Part shown: in pieces, positions 49,653-60,300 of the stretch
Numbering within the stretch: position 1 is the first letter of the stretch
Layout of the letters: each line of letters opens with the position of its first letter
Origin: Xanthomonas sp.
GTDB taxonomy: Bacteria > Pseudomonadota > Gammaproteobacteria > Xanthomonadales > Xanthomonadaceae
Length of the DNA stretch: 64,000 nucleotides
NCBI GenBank assembly: GCA_018262705.1
Contig: JADFDQ010000002.1
Location: 239,248-303,247, forward strand
Direction of reading: 5' to 3'
The notes under the pieces: generated by a model
Databases searched by the model: none
The model's input: only the letters and a program-made list of their open reading frames with translations
Told to the model about the DNA's origin: nothing
Position numbers and translations under genes: made by a program

Positions 49653-49823
49653 GTCTGACGGCAGGAAGTGCGATCCAATGGGGCGGCCGCTGGCCACCTC
49701 GTTCTTGAGCAGCGCCAAAGCAAGCATGAACATCCAGGCTTTCCAATCATAAAGACTACAACTTGACATCAATGCCTGAGAGGAGTACAGAGCGATTTCC
49801 TGGGTGACTTCGGGGGCGGCGTT

Positions 49824-50474
49824 ATGTGCGGATTCAAAGCATTTTCGACCGGTTTCGCCTTCGCCTTAGCATGCTCACCAGCAAGCTCGAACGCGCAGCC
49901 GGCAACCTCGGATGCACCGTGCGTCGTTGGCAACGGCATCCTGCGCATCACTCCACAAGGTATGTCAGATGTGCGGGAAATCATCGTGACTCGTCCTGAT
50001 GGCGGAATCGTCTACCTGTATTCCCCAAGGCTGGGCGTCTACAACCTGATGTCTCCCGTCCACGGTCTCATCGAGGTAAATCCCGCTTCCCAGCGAGGCG
50101 CACAATACGCGGATGATGGAAAGCTGCATGAACGGGAGATTTTTTCTGACTCCGGAAGCTACCGAGTGGATGTGCTGGGAAAATCCGGTAAACCCGTGCC
50201 CGGCATCCAGTATTCCCGCCTTGCGTGTTCACTTGACTTCGTCGATGGCCGAGGATTCCAACGCGCCACTCCCCTGCACGGCGTGGCTCGGGATCCCGTT
50301 TCCTTCATTTCTGATTGTCCGCCGGAGGGGCAGTCAGATCTGAGAGCTGCATGCAACTCATCTTCTGGATGCCAAAACGGGGGGCACGGCTATTGCTGTT
50401 CTTCAGCGGGTCAAGGAGGACCGTGCTATTGCAATAATTGCTGTGTAGCCTTGACCGCTAGGGTCAGGCCATGA
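49824..50474 (+). CDS. Hypothetical secreted protein with 9-Cys C-terminal tail
   Basis: Signal-peptide-like N-terminus; tail C-x11-C-x5-C-x7-CC-x8-C-x-C-x2-CC. Confidence 0.6.
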   Translation: MCGFKAFSTGFAFALACSPASSNAQPATSDAPCVVGNGILRITPQGMSDVREIIVTRPDGGIVYLYSPRLGVYNLMSPVHGLIEVNPASQRGAQYADDGKLHEREIFSDSGSYRVDVLGKSGKPVPGIQYSRLACSLDFVDGRGFQRATPLHGVARDPVSFISDCPPEGQSDLRAACNSSSGCQNGGHGYCCSSAGQGGPCYCNNCCVALTARVRP

Positions 50475-50589
50475 TCAGCCGCCTGAAGACCATTTTGAGC
50501 ATCGCAACTGAGCTGCTCTTCCGTCCCTCCTGCCAAGCGCAACAGCCATCACTGACGCCATTGTCAGGCGCGTTGCCTGCGGCGGCCAC

Positions 50590-51033
50590 ATGCTTGTGAC
50601 GCACGCGAAGATGGCCATTCGCGCCACGATCTTTTGTCTTGCCTTGGCGGTGTCACAAGGCGCAAGCGCGTTGCCCGGCATCCTGGATGCGACGTGTTCA
50701 ATCAAGGGGCAGGCATTCGTTCTGGATACCGGACGCATCAGGGTGCCGTCGCAGGCCGCCGTACTGCTGCCGAGCGGTAAACTATTGCGGCTACGCTACC
50801 CGCCTGAAAACATCGACACCTTGGGGCCACAGTATCCTCGCGGTCACGTAGCGATTCCATTCAGAACACTGAAAGGAGTTGATGCCTCGTCGCGGCAGGT
50901 TGCTGTGTTCACGGTACCGGGGACCTATCGGTTCTTGATGCAAGACGCCAATACCGCAGAAAGCATGGAACTCCATCAATTGCAATGCAGCGTCACGCTC
51001 ACCAAAGCGCAAATCGACGCGACAGGTCTTTGA
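50590..51033 (+). CDS. Hypothetical secreted protein, apparent paralog of the upstream N-domain
   Basis: Signal-peptide-like MAIRATIFCLALAVSQGASA (ATG 50611 possible); shared Cys...F-x3-G-x-YR...CS pattern. Confidence 0.6.
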   Translation: MLVTHAKMAIRATIFCLALAVSQGASALPGILDATCSIKGQAFVLDTGRIRVPSQAAVLLPSGKLLRLRYPPENIDTLGPQYPRGHVAIPFRTLKGVDASSRQVAVFTVPGTYRFLMQDANTAESMELHQLQCSVTLTKAQIDATGL

Positions 51034-51140
51034 AACGGACAGCTTTCTCCGCCTGCGCCAGGCTCGACGGAATACCTTGCGACGCTCTCCAGTCAACTCG
51101 CCACTGGCCTCCTCGTTCGTCTGTCGGCTAGTCTGCGCGC

Positions 51141-51773
51141 ATGAAAACCGTCGTCGTCGACCACCCGTTGGTTCGCCACAAGCTGGGCAAGCTGCGCGAC
51201 ATCGCGACCGACCCGGTGCATTTTCGGCTGCTCGCCGGTGAAATCGCGGTGCTGCTGGCGTTCGAGGCCACCCGCGATCTGACGACCGAGCCGGCCGACG
51301 TGCAGACCTGGGCCGGCCCGCTGCAGGTCGAGCGCGTGCGCAGCGAAGCGCTGACCCTGGTGCCGATCCTGCGCGCCGGTCTTGGTTTTCTTCCCGGCGT
51401 GCAATCCCTGCTGCCGGCCGCGCCGGTCAGCGTGATCGGACTGCGCCGCGACGAAACCACCCATCGGCCGGAAGGCTATTACCAGCGCTTGGCCGACCGC
51501 ATGGATCGGCGCAGCGCGCTGCTGATCGACCCGATGCTGGCCACCGGCGGCAGCGCCGTGGCGGCGATTGATGTCCTCAAGACGGCAGGCTGCCGGAAGA
51601 TCAAATGCATCTTCCTCGTCGCCGCGCCGGAAGGACTGCGCGCACTGGAAGCCGCGCATCCGGACAGCGAAGTCTATGTCGCCGCGATCGATCAGCGGCT
51701 GGACGAAAACGCCTACATCCGGCCCGGGCTGGGCGATGCCGGCGACCGTCTGTTCGGCACGCCGGTCGATTGA
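51141..51773 (+). CDS. upp: Uracil phosphoribosyltransferase
   Basis: HPLVRHKL, PILRAG, IDPMLATGGS, PGLGDAGDRLFGT. Confidence 0.95.
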   Translation: MKTVVVDHPLVRHKLGKLRDIATDPVHFRLLAGEIAVLLAFEATRDLTTEPADVQTWAGPLQVERVRSEALTLVPILRAGLGFLPGVQSLLPAAPVSVIGLRRDETTHRPEGYYQRLADRMDRRSALLIDPMLATGGSAVAAIDVLKTAGCRKIKCIFLVAAPEGLRALEAAHPDSEVYVAAIDQRLDENAYIRPGLGDAGDRLFGTPVD

Positions 51774-51785
51774 CGTCGCCGCGAA

Positions 51786-52940
51786 TCAGGCAGTCGCCGA
51801 CGCGGCCGGGCTGCCGTTGCCGCGATACTCTCGCGGAATGCGCTCGTTGAGTCGGGTCAGGATTTCATAGCCGATGGTGTCGGCCTGCACGGCGACATCT
51901 TCGACCCGGATCGTTTCCCCGCCCTGCCGTCCGATCAACACGACGTCGTCGCCGTTGTAGGCGGTGCCGTCCGGCCCGAGATCGACCATGAACTGATCCA
52001 TGCACACCCGCCCGACGATCGGCAGCCGCTTGCCGCGGATCAAGACCTGTCCGCGGTTGGACAAGGCGCGCGGATAGCCGTCGCCATAGCCCAGCGGAAC
52101 CGTCACCAGCCGGGTGTCGGCCGCGGGCGTCCAGGTCGCGCCGTAGCTGACCGGATGCCCGGCCCGAACCACCTTGAAGTAGACCACCTGCGACAGCAGT
52201 TCCAGCGCCGGACGCACCGCCACCGTCGGCCGCGACTTCGGATCGGGCTGCACGCCATAAAGAAGGATCCCGGGCCGCACCATGTCCAGCCAGGTGTCCG
52301 GAAAATGCAGGATGCCGCCGGAGTTGGCCAGGTGGCGAATCGGCATCGGCGCGCCAAGGCGGTCGAAGTGGGCACAGGCGGCGTGGAAACGCTCCAGCTG
52401 CAGCGCGGTCATCGCCGAATCCGGATCGTCCGAGCAGGCCAGATGCGAATACACGCCTTTCACCACGCACCAGTTCGAGGCCACCGCCGCTTCGATGAAC
52501 GGCCCGCAGGTCTCGCTGTGGACGCCGATCCGCTCCATCCCGGTGTCGATTTTCAGCTGGACCACGGCGCGCTTGCCCAGCGCCTGCGCTGCGGCTTCGA
52601 CCTTGCGCAGCTTGTCGAGCGAGGACACGGTCAGTTCGAGATCGTGTTCGATCAGCTGCCCGGCCTGTCGCCCGAGGATGCCGCCCAGCACGAGGATCGG
52701 AATGGTGATGCCGGCGCGGCGCAGGGCGATGCCCTCTTCGACGAAGGCCACGCCGAACTGCTGCGCCCCCTGCGCCTGCAAATGACGCGCGACCGGCAGC
52801 AGCCCGTGGCCATAGGCGTTGGCTTTCAAAATGGCCATCACCGGTACGCCGGCGTGCTGACGGATCGCGTGCAGGTTGCCGGACAGCGCGTCGAGATCGA
52901 CCACGATCCGGGTGGGGCGTTGGTTCACGGCATCGCTCAT
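51786..52940 (-). CDS. alr: Alanine racemase
   Basis: AILKANAYGHG, KIDTGMERIG, VRPGILLYG, GYGDGY, GRVCMDQ. Confidence 0.95.
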   Translation of the reverse strand: MSDAVNQRPTRIVVDLDALSGNLHAIRQHAGVPVMAILKANAYGHGLLPVARHLQAQGAQQFGVAFVEEGIALRRAGITIPILVLGGILGRQAGQLIEHDLELTVSSLDKLRKVEAAAQALGKRAVVQLKIDTGMERIGVHSETCGPFIEAAVASNWCVVKGVYSHLACSDDPDSAMTALQLERFHAACAHFDRLGAPMPIRHLANSGGILHFPDTWLDMVRPGILLYGVQPDPKSRPTVAVRPALELLSQVVYFKVVRAGHPVSYGATWTPAADTRLVTVPLGYGDGYPRALSNRGQVLIRGKRLPIVGRVCMDQFMVDLGPDGTAYNGDDVVLIGRQGGETIRVEDVAVQADTIGYEILTRLNERIPREYRGNGSPAASATA

Positions 52941-52984
52941 GGCGCGTTATTCGACCACGCGCCGCGCGCGTTGCCTAGCATCAC

Positions 52985-54397
52985 TTATTCGAAGCTGCCC
53001 ACGGTGTCGTGGGCAAGATTGTCGAAGCGGGTGTATTCGCCGAAGAACTTGAGCTTGAAGCTGCCGGTCGGCCCGTTGCGCTGCTTGCCGATGATGATTT
53101 CGGCCAAGCCCTTGTCCGGTGAATTTTCCTTGTGGTAATACTCGTCGCGGTAGATGAACACGATCATGTCGGCGTCCTGTTCGATCGCGCCGGATTCGCG
53201 CAGGTCGGCCATCACCGGACGCTTGTCCTGGCGCGATTCCAGCGAGCGGTTGAGCTGCGACAGCGCGACCACCGGCACCCTGAGCTCCTTGGCCAGCGCC
53301 TTGAGCGAGCGGCTGATTTCGGAAATCTCGGTGGCGCGGTTCTCGCTGTTGCCCGGCACCTGCATCAGCTGCAGGTAGTCGATCACGATCAGGCCAAGAT
53401 CGTGCTCGCGGCGCAACCGCCGCGCCTTGGCGCGCAACACTTCCGGCGACAGCGCCGGGGTGTCGTCGATGAAGATCTTCGATCCCTGCAGCAGGGCGAT
53501 CGCGCCGTTGACCCGGCCCCAGTCCTCGTCTTCCAGTTCGCCGACCCGCAGCCGCCCGGCATCGACCCGGCCCAGCGAAGAGATCAGGCGCAGGGCCAGC
53601 TGCGAGGAGGACATTTCCATCGAAAACACCGCCACCGCTTTTTTCGAACGCAGCGCGCCGTATTCGGCGATGTTGAGCGCCAGCGTGGTCTTGCCCATCG
53701 CCGGCCGCGCCGCCAGCACGATCAAGTCGGTCGGCTGCAAGCCGGCGGTCATCTTGTCGAACTCGGTGTAGCCGGTCGGCAGTCCGGTGATCCCGCCACC
53801 GCTGTCGGCGCGCTGCTGCAGCACCTCGAACGCGTCGCGCAGCGCATCCTTGACCGCGACGAAATCCTGTCGGCCGTGGGAATGGCTTTCGGCGATCGCG
53901 AACACGTCCTGCTCGGCCTTGGCCAGCAGTTCGGCGGCATCGCGACCCGCGGGCTGAAACCCGTCGTTGATGATGCCGGTGGCGACCTCGATCAAACGAC
54001 GCTGGATCGCCTTGTCGCGTACGGTCTCGGCGTAGGCGGCGATGTTGGCGGCGCCCGGGACGTTGCTGGCCAGGTCGATGATGTAGCCGGCATCGACCCC
54101 TTCACCCAGCTTGCCGTTCGACTGCAGCCACTCGCTGACCGTCAGCACGTCGCAAGGACGGCTTTTTTCGGTCAACTCACGGATGGCGCGGTAGATCAGC
54201 CGGTGATCGCGGCGGTAGAAATCCTCGTCGACCAAGCGGTCCGCGACCCGGTCGTACGCGCCCGAATCCAGCAGCAAGCCGCCCAATACGGCCTGTTCGG
54301 ATTCGATCGCCTGCGGCGGCACCCGCAGCTGTTCGACGCGCGCATCGCTGCGCGATGCGAAGCTGGCTTCTCGCCGTGCTTCCGAACCTGCTGTCAT
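52985..54397 (-). CDS. dnaB: Replicative DNA helicase
   Basis: AARPAMGKT, FSMEM, IDYLQLM, SQLNR, DLRESGAIEQDAD. Confidence 0.97.
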   Translation of the reverse strand: MTAGSEARREASFASRSDARVEQLRVPPQAIESEQAVLGGLLLDSGAYDRVADRLVDEDFYRRDHRLIYRAIRELTEKSRPCDVLTVSEWLQSNGKLGEGVDAGYIIDLASNVPGAANIAAYAETVRDKAIQRRLIEVATGIINDGFQPAGRDAAELLAKAEQDVFAIAESHSHGRQDFVAVKDALRDAFEVLQQRADSGGGITGLPTGYTEFDKMTAGLQPTDLIVLAARPAMGKTTLALNIAEYGALRSKKAVAVFSMEMSSSQLALRLISSLGRVDAGRLRVGELEDEDWGRVNGAIALLQGSKIFIDDTPALSPEVLRAKARRLRREHDLGLIVIDYLQLMQVPGNSENRATEISEISRSLKALAKELRVPVVALSQLNRSLESRQDKRPVMADLRESGAIEQDADMIVFIYRDEYYHKENSPDKGLAEIIIGKQRNGPTGSFKLKFFGEYTRFDNLAHDTVGSFE

Positions 54398-54546
54398 GGG
54401 CTTGGGTTTCCTCCTCTCTCGTCGGCACGCACACCGGACAGATGCCGCCTGAAGTCATGCATCGTAGACGGCCACGCCCCAAGGGTGTTGCAGACAACTC
54501 GTGGGACATCCTGTGGACAAGTCGTCGCACGGATTGAGATTGGATC

Positions 54547-54792
54547 AGGGGCCAGGGGCCAGGGATCGGAGGTCAGGGGCCAGAGATCAAGCGACAAGCC
54601 GCGGGTTGCCCGGACGGGTTCGAGCAGGCCAAGGATGGCCTGCGTCCGCGAATCGGAGCCGGATGCGGAGTCTTCGCGGCGAACCCGTCTGGGTGACGCG
54701 CGGCTTGAGCCGGGGATCGGGGGCCGGGGGCCGGGGGCCGGGGGCCGGGGGCCGGGGGCCGGGAACCGGGAACCGGGAACCGGGAACCGGGA
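54547..54792 (+). repeat. G-run tandem tracts (GGGGCC/GGGAACC) flanking a 112-bp structured element
   Basis: Tracts at about 54547-54582 and 54711-54792. Confidence 0.85.
54596..54707. repeat. 112-bp structured repeat element, copy 1
   Basis: Identical to 58264-58375; terminal AAGCCGCG...CGCGGCTT inverted repeat with internal hairpins. Confidence 0.9.
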
Positions 54793-54813
54793 AAAGCATA
54801 CAGCGGAAGACTC

Positions 54814-54842
54814 AACGAAAACGGGCGCCCGAAGGCGCCCGT
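54814..54842 (-). terminator. Intrinsic terminator after rplI
   Basis: ACGGGCGCC-TTCG-GGCGCCCGT followed by TTT on the minus strand. Confidence 0.75.
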
Positions 54843-54864
54843 CGCAGCAACGCAGTGCTGGCGA

Positions 54865-55320
54865 TCAGTTGGCCTCGGCAACCACCACGACCTTGATCGC
54901 AGTCTGCACGTCGGCATGCAGGTGCAGCTGCACCTCGAACTCGCCGACGTGGCGCAGCGGGCCTTCGCCCATCGTCACTTCGGAGTTGTGCACATCGACG
55001 CCGTACTGGCGGGTCAGCGCCTCGGCGATTTCGCGCGGGCCGACCGAGCCGTACAGCTTGCCTTCGGTGGACGCATTCGCGGAAATCGTCACACTGGCAC
55101 CGGCCAGCTTGGCCATCCGCACACTGGCGGCGTCCAGCGTCGCCAGCGCCTTGGCTTCGTACTCGGCGCGGCGCTGTTCGAACTCGGCGAGGTTGGCCGC
55201 GGTGGCCGGCACGGCCTTGCCCTGCGGAACCAGATAGTTGCGGCCATAGCCGGGCTTGACGGCGACCTTGTCGCCCAGACCGCCGAGGTTGGCGACCTTC
55301 TGCAGAAGAATCAGATCCAT
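54865..55320 (-). CDS. rplI: 50S ribosomal protein L9
   Basis: [23 protein letters not shown]. Confidence 0.96.
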   Translation of the reverse strand: MDLILLQKVANLGGLGDKVAVKPGYGRNYLVPQGKAVPATAANLAEFEQRRAEYEAKALATLDAASVRMAKLAGASVTISANASTEGKLYGSVGPREIAEALTRQYGVDVHNSEVTMGEGPLRHVGEFEVQLHLHADVQTAIKVVVVAEAN

Positions 55321-55529
55321 GGTGTTTCTCCGTAATTCGTTAGCGACGCATCTGACGCCGCAACGGTGGCTGTCCGAATGGACGGTTCCGGTTTTGGGCT
55401 TACTCGACGGACGCACGGCCTGCGATGACGCGGCCAGGAGCGGGAGGTCGCGCGCACCGCAGTTGACCGACCGTCAACGAGGATGCGCGCAGCCGACCAG
55501 CGACAAGACCACGACGAGCAGGCGAAGCG

Positions 55530-55760
55530 TCAGACGTTGTGGTTGTCGGTGTAGGGAAGCAGTGCCAAGAACCGCGCCCGCTTCACCGCAGTCTGCAACT
55601 GGCGCTGGTAGCGCGACTTGGTGCCGGTGATGCGGCTGGGAACGATCTTGCCGGTTTCGGTGATGTACTGGCGCAGGGTATTGAGATCCTTGTAATCGAT
55701 CTCGGTCACGCCCTCGGCGGTGAAACGGCAGTACTTGCGGCGACGAAAGAATTTGGACAT
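55530..55760 (-). CDS. rpsR: 30S ribosomal protein S18
   Basis: [37 protein letters not shown]. Confidence 0.97.
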   Translation of the reverse strand: MSKFFRRRKYCRFTAEGVTEIDYKDLNTLRQYITETGKIVPSRITGTKSRYQRQLQTAVKRARFLALLPYTDNHNV

Positions 55761-55771
55761 GGGTAGGCTCC

Positions 55772-56227
55772 TCAAGCGGCTTCGGTGGTGTCGTCGGCGC
55801 GCTCGGCATCGGCCGAACCGTCTTCGTCACGATGATTGCGCTCACTGCGCTCACCGCGTTCGCTGCGTTCGCCGCGTTCGCTACGCTCGCCGCGGTCGCC
55901 CTTTTCGTCCTTGTTCTTCATGATCAGGGACTGCTCGGACACCGCATCGTCGCGACGCATGACCATGTGCCGCAGGATCGCGTCGTTGAAGCGGAAGCTG
56001 TCGACCAGCTCGTCGAGCGCGGACTGGCTGGCTTCGATGTTCATCAGCACATAGTGTGCCTTGACCAGGTTCTGGATCGGATAGGCCAGCTGGCGACGGC
56101 CCCAGTCCTCAAGGCGGTGAACCTTGCCTTCGGCGGCTTCGATCGAGCTCTTGTAGCGCTCGATCATGGCCGGAACCTGCTCGCTCCGATCCGGATGGAC
56201 CAGATACACGACTTCGTAATGACGCAT
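55772..56227 (-). CDS. rpsF: 30S ribosomal protein S6
   Basis: [25 protein letters not shown]; charged repeat tail. Confidence 0.97.
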   Translation of the reverse strand: MRHYEVVYLVHPDRSEQVPAMIERYKSSIEAAEGKVHRLEDWGRRQLAYPIQNLVKAHYVLMNIEASQSALDELVDSFRFNDAILRHMVMRRDDAVSEQSLIMKNKDEKGDRGERSERGERSERGERSERNHRDEDGSADAERADDTTEAA

Positions 56228-56345
56228 GATGTTGTCCTTGTGGGTGGTGGCGAAAAGAATCGCCGTTCAGCCCTCGGCCACCGCGGTTCTCGCGAAATCG
56301 GCGCGTTCGGGCAAGGTCTCCCGCGTTCGGGAGCCGCCTATTATG
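56228..56345 (-). promoter_or_regulatory. Putative S6:S18-responsive rpsF leader
   Basis: Minus strand CCTTGCC...CGCGGTGGCC..GGCTGAA...AAGGA, resembling the gammaproteobacterial rpsF leader; CATAAT upstream. Confidence 0.45.
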
Positions 56346-56476
56346 GGGAATCAACGGCTTGCAGGCAAGTCCAAGGCATCTTCCGGATCCATGTCTCGTT
56401 GAAAGCGGCGCACAGCGCCATCCGGCCAGCGCGCTAAACTGCACGGCTTGATCACGCTTGCAACACGAGAATCACA

Positions 56477-57877
<1,401 letters not shown>

Positions 57878-57881
57878 ACAG

Positions 57882-58199
57882 ATGGACGCCGACGTCATCC
57901 TGTTTCTGGCGCTGCTTGCTTTCGCGATCTCGATCGCCGGAGGCACCGCCTTCGTGATCTTCTGGCCGCTGACGCTGGTGCATATCCGCGACCGCCACCC
58001 CGAAATCAAGGCCCAACTCGGCCCGGGAGCCTTCCTGCGCCCGTCCGCGCTGCTGTGGCTGCTGCGCGGCGGCTACCGCGCCACGCCGGATCCCACCTTG
58101 TCGGCGCTGGCCACGCCCTCGCGGATCGCAACCTGGGTCATCCTGTCCGGGCTGGCGCTGGGCGGAATGCTCTGGGTGGTGGGCAAGGCGCTGGGCTGA
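57882..58199 (+). CDS. Small hypothetical membrane protein
   Basis: Two hydrophobic helices; ATG 4 nt after the asnS stop. Confidence 0.6.
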   Translation: MDADVILFLALLAFAISIAGGTAFVIFWPLTLVHIRDRHPEIKAQLGPGAFLRPSALLWLLRGGYRATPDPTLSALATPSRIATWVILSGLALGGMLWVVGKALG

Positions 58200-58202
58200 C
58201 CA

Positions 58203-58425
58203 GGGGCCAGGGACCAGGGACCGGGGATCGGGGATCGGGGATCGGGGATCGGGGAAAAGCGTAAAGCCGCGGGTTGCCCGGACGGGTTCGAGCAGGCCAA
58301 GGATGGCCTGCGTCCGCGAATCGGAGCCGGATGCGGAGTCTTCGCGGCGAACCCGTCTGGGTGACGCGCGGCTTGGGCCAGGGCCAGGGATCAGGGATCA
58401 GGGATCGGGGGCCGGGGCCGGGAAA
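58203..58425 (+). repeat. G-run tandem tracts (GGGGATC/GGGACC) flanking a 112-bp structured element
   Basis: Tracts at about 58203-58254 and 58375-58425. Confidence 0.85.
58264..58375. repeat. 112-bp structured repeat element, copy 2
   Basis: Identical to 54596-54707. Confidence 0.9.
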
Positions 58426-58458
58426 TGCGTTAAGCGGTTTTTCGGTCAGTCGGCTGAT

Positions 58459-60285
58459 TTATCCGCCCGCAGGTGGCGTCGGGCCGCTGGGCTGAGGCGT
58501 TGCCGCTGCTGGCGCGGGCCGCACGCTGCCGTTGTCTTCCTGCAGCTGCGGCTTGAAGGGGATGTTCGGTGCCGGGCGACCGGTCGCGGACTGTTCGTTG
58601 ACGTCAGGGTTCACCGGCAGGCAGCCTCCGCCCAGCTGCAGCAGCGAGATCACGCATTTCAGGCTGGTGCTGGTGCCGGGTATCGGAATCGAGAGTTCCT
58701 TGACGCCACGCCGCACCCATTCCTGCAGCAAGTTGCCGGAGGGAATCCAGTACTGATCGAAGCGAGTGCCGCGGTATTCCAGGCCGGGACGCTTGAGCCA
58801 GGTGCCCTGCCGGTCGAGATTGACGCCGCTATTGGCCGACCACTGATCGGGAAGGCGGACGCTGCCGTCGTTGTTGAACAGGCCATCACCATTACCATTG
58901 CCGCGACCGGCATTGTTGCCTTGACCGCCGCCGCTGCCGCTACGACCGCTGCCGTTGCCCGAGCCCGTTCCCTGCGCATTGCGGTTGGATGCGCCCCAAT
59001 CGTCGCTTCTGCCGGCGCCCGGCCAACCGCCCGGCGCCGGCTTTGCCCCGGGGCCGGCACCCGCGCCGGTGGCATTCGCGCCGCGTCCGCCCTGGGTTCC
59101 CGGCGCCGATCCATGCCCGGTTCCCGCCTGCGCTTGCCCGGTGCCGCCTGCACTGGTCGCATTGCCACCGGCGCCGCGTGCGGCGGAATCGCCCATCGCT
59201 GCCGAACCGCTGCCGGACGCAGCGGTACTGCTGCCGCCGGCGCCCGCACCCGAAGGAATCTCGCGCACTTCACCGGCCAGCGCCGGCACCTGCAGCTGCG
59301 CCTGACCGGTGGCAGTCGACGGCAGTGCGCGCTCGCGCGCCAGTTGCGAGCGATTTGGACTGAACGTCTCGAGTTCGCGCACCGTTTCCTTGAGTTCCTG
59401 CGGGCGCAACCGGGCCTGCGGTTGGCGTGCTTCGAGGGTGCGCACCGGCCGCGCCTGGAAGGTCGTCAGCGCTTCGACCTGGGCCTGCAGCTGCGGCTCG
59501 CGCGGCTGCGGCTGCGGCGTTTGTACGCTCATCTCGCGCGGTGGCGGCAGTCGGAAGGTTGCATCCGGTTCCGGCTTGGGCACCACGCTGACCTGCAGCG
59601 GCTGCGCCGGAGCGGTTTCCAACATCGGCGCGACCTGTGCAAGCTTGGGCGCCTGCGAAGCTACAACCGACGCCGCCTGAGGCAGCGGCACCGTCTCGAG
59701 CACCGGCTTGGCGCTGCCGCCGGCCGCGCTGGCCGCTTGTGCCGCCGACGTGGGCGTGGCCTTTCCGGAAGCGGCGGCAGACGCGGATGCCGGCGCGGCT
59801 TGCGCACCTTCGGTGGCCAGCGCGCCGCCGCCCTCCTGGGCATTGCCGCGACCGATGAATTCAACCTGTACGGCATCGTCACTGCCGCCGGAATCCTCCT
59901 CGGGTTCGGCAACCGCATACAGCTGCAGATACATCAGCCACAGCAGCAGCGCGGCAAGAATCAGGTGCAGCAGGATGTCGGCGCTGGTCGCCCCGATCCG
60001 CAGCGCCCGGTCATCGCGCGGATCAAACGGACGGCTGCGCCGCAACAGCTGGAAGAACGGTCGCGCCAGTCCGCGCAGACCCTTGGGTTGTTCCAGCGGA
60101 CGCGCGTCCAGCGCATCGACCCAGGCCCGCGAATCCGGTCGCCGCGACTCGCCTTCGGCGGGTGTCATGGCATCCAGCCAGCGCTGCCAGCCGGACGGAT
60201 AGCCGACGCCCTCTTCGGCCGTCTTTCCGGTCCTGAGTAGTCGCCGCTGGTTGAGCGCAGCGATGAGATCGGAAGCGGTCGTCAC
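58459..60285 (-). CDS. Single-TM protein with long Pro/Gln/Gly/Ala-rich periplasmic region
   Basis: TM helix ILLHLILAALLLWL, low-complexity linker, globular-looking C-terminus EYRGTRFDQYW. Confidence 0.65.
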   Translation of the reverse strand: MTTASDLIAALNQRRLLRTGKTAEEGVGYPSGWQRWLDAMTPAEGESRRPDSRAWVDALDARPLEQPKGLRGLARPFFQLLRRSRPFDPRDDRALRIGATSADILLHLILAALLLWLMYLQLYAVAEPEEDSGGSDDAVQVEFIGRGNAQEGGGALATEGAQAAPASASAAASGKATPTSAAQAASAAGGSAKPVLETVPLPQAASVVASQAPKLAQVAPMLETAPAQPLQVSVVPKPEPDATFRLPPPREMSVQTPQPQPREPQLQAQVEALTTFQARPVRTLEARQPQARLRPQELKETVRELETFSPNRSQLARERALPSTATGQAQLQVPALAGEVREIPSGAGAGGSSTAASGSGSAAMGDSAARGAGGNATSAGGTGQAQAGTGHGSAPGTQGGRGANATGAGAGPGAKPAPGGWPGAGRSDDWGASNRNAQGTGSGNGSGRSGSGGGQGNNAGRGNGNGDGLFNNDGSVRLPDQWSANSGVNLDRQGTWLKRPGLEYRGTRFDQYWIPSGNLLQEWVRRGVKELSIPIPGTSTSLKCVISLLQLGGGCLPVNPDVNEQSATGRPAPNIPFKPQLQEDNGSVRPAPAAATPQPSGPTPPAGG

Positions 60286-60300
60286 GCGCGCACGGCCCCG

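Noticed and set aside
49700-49772. Minus-strand ORF start MMSSCSLYDWKAW (48114-49772)
   Set aside because: Mostly antisense to the aminotransferase; no independent support
55321-55529. priB or a small RNA between rpsR and rplI
   Set aside because: No PriB-like ORF and no convincing structure in this gap
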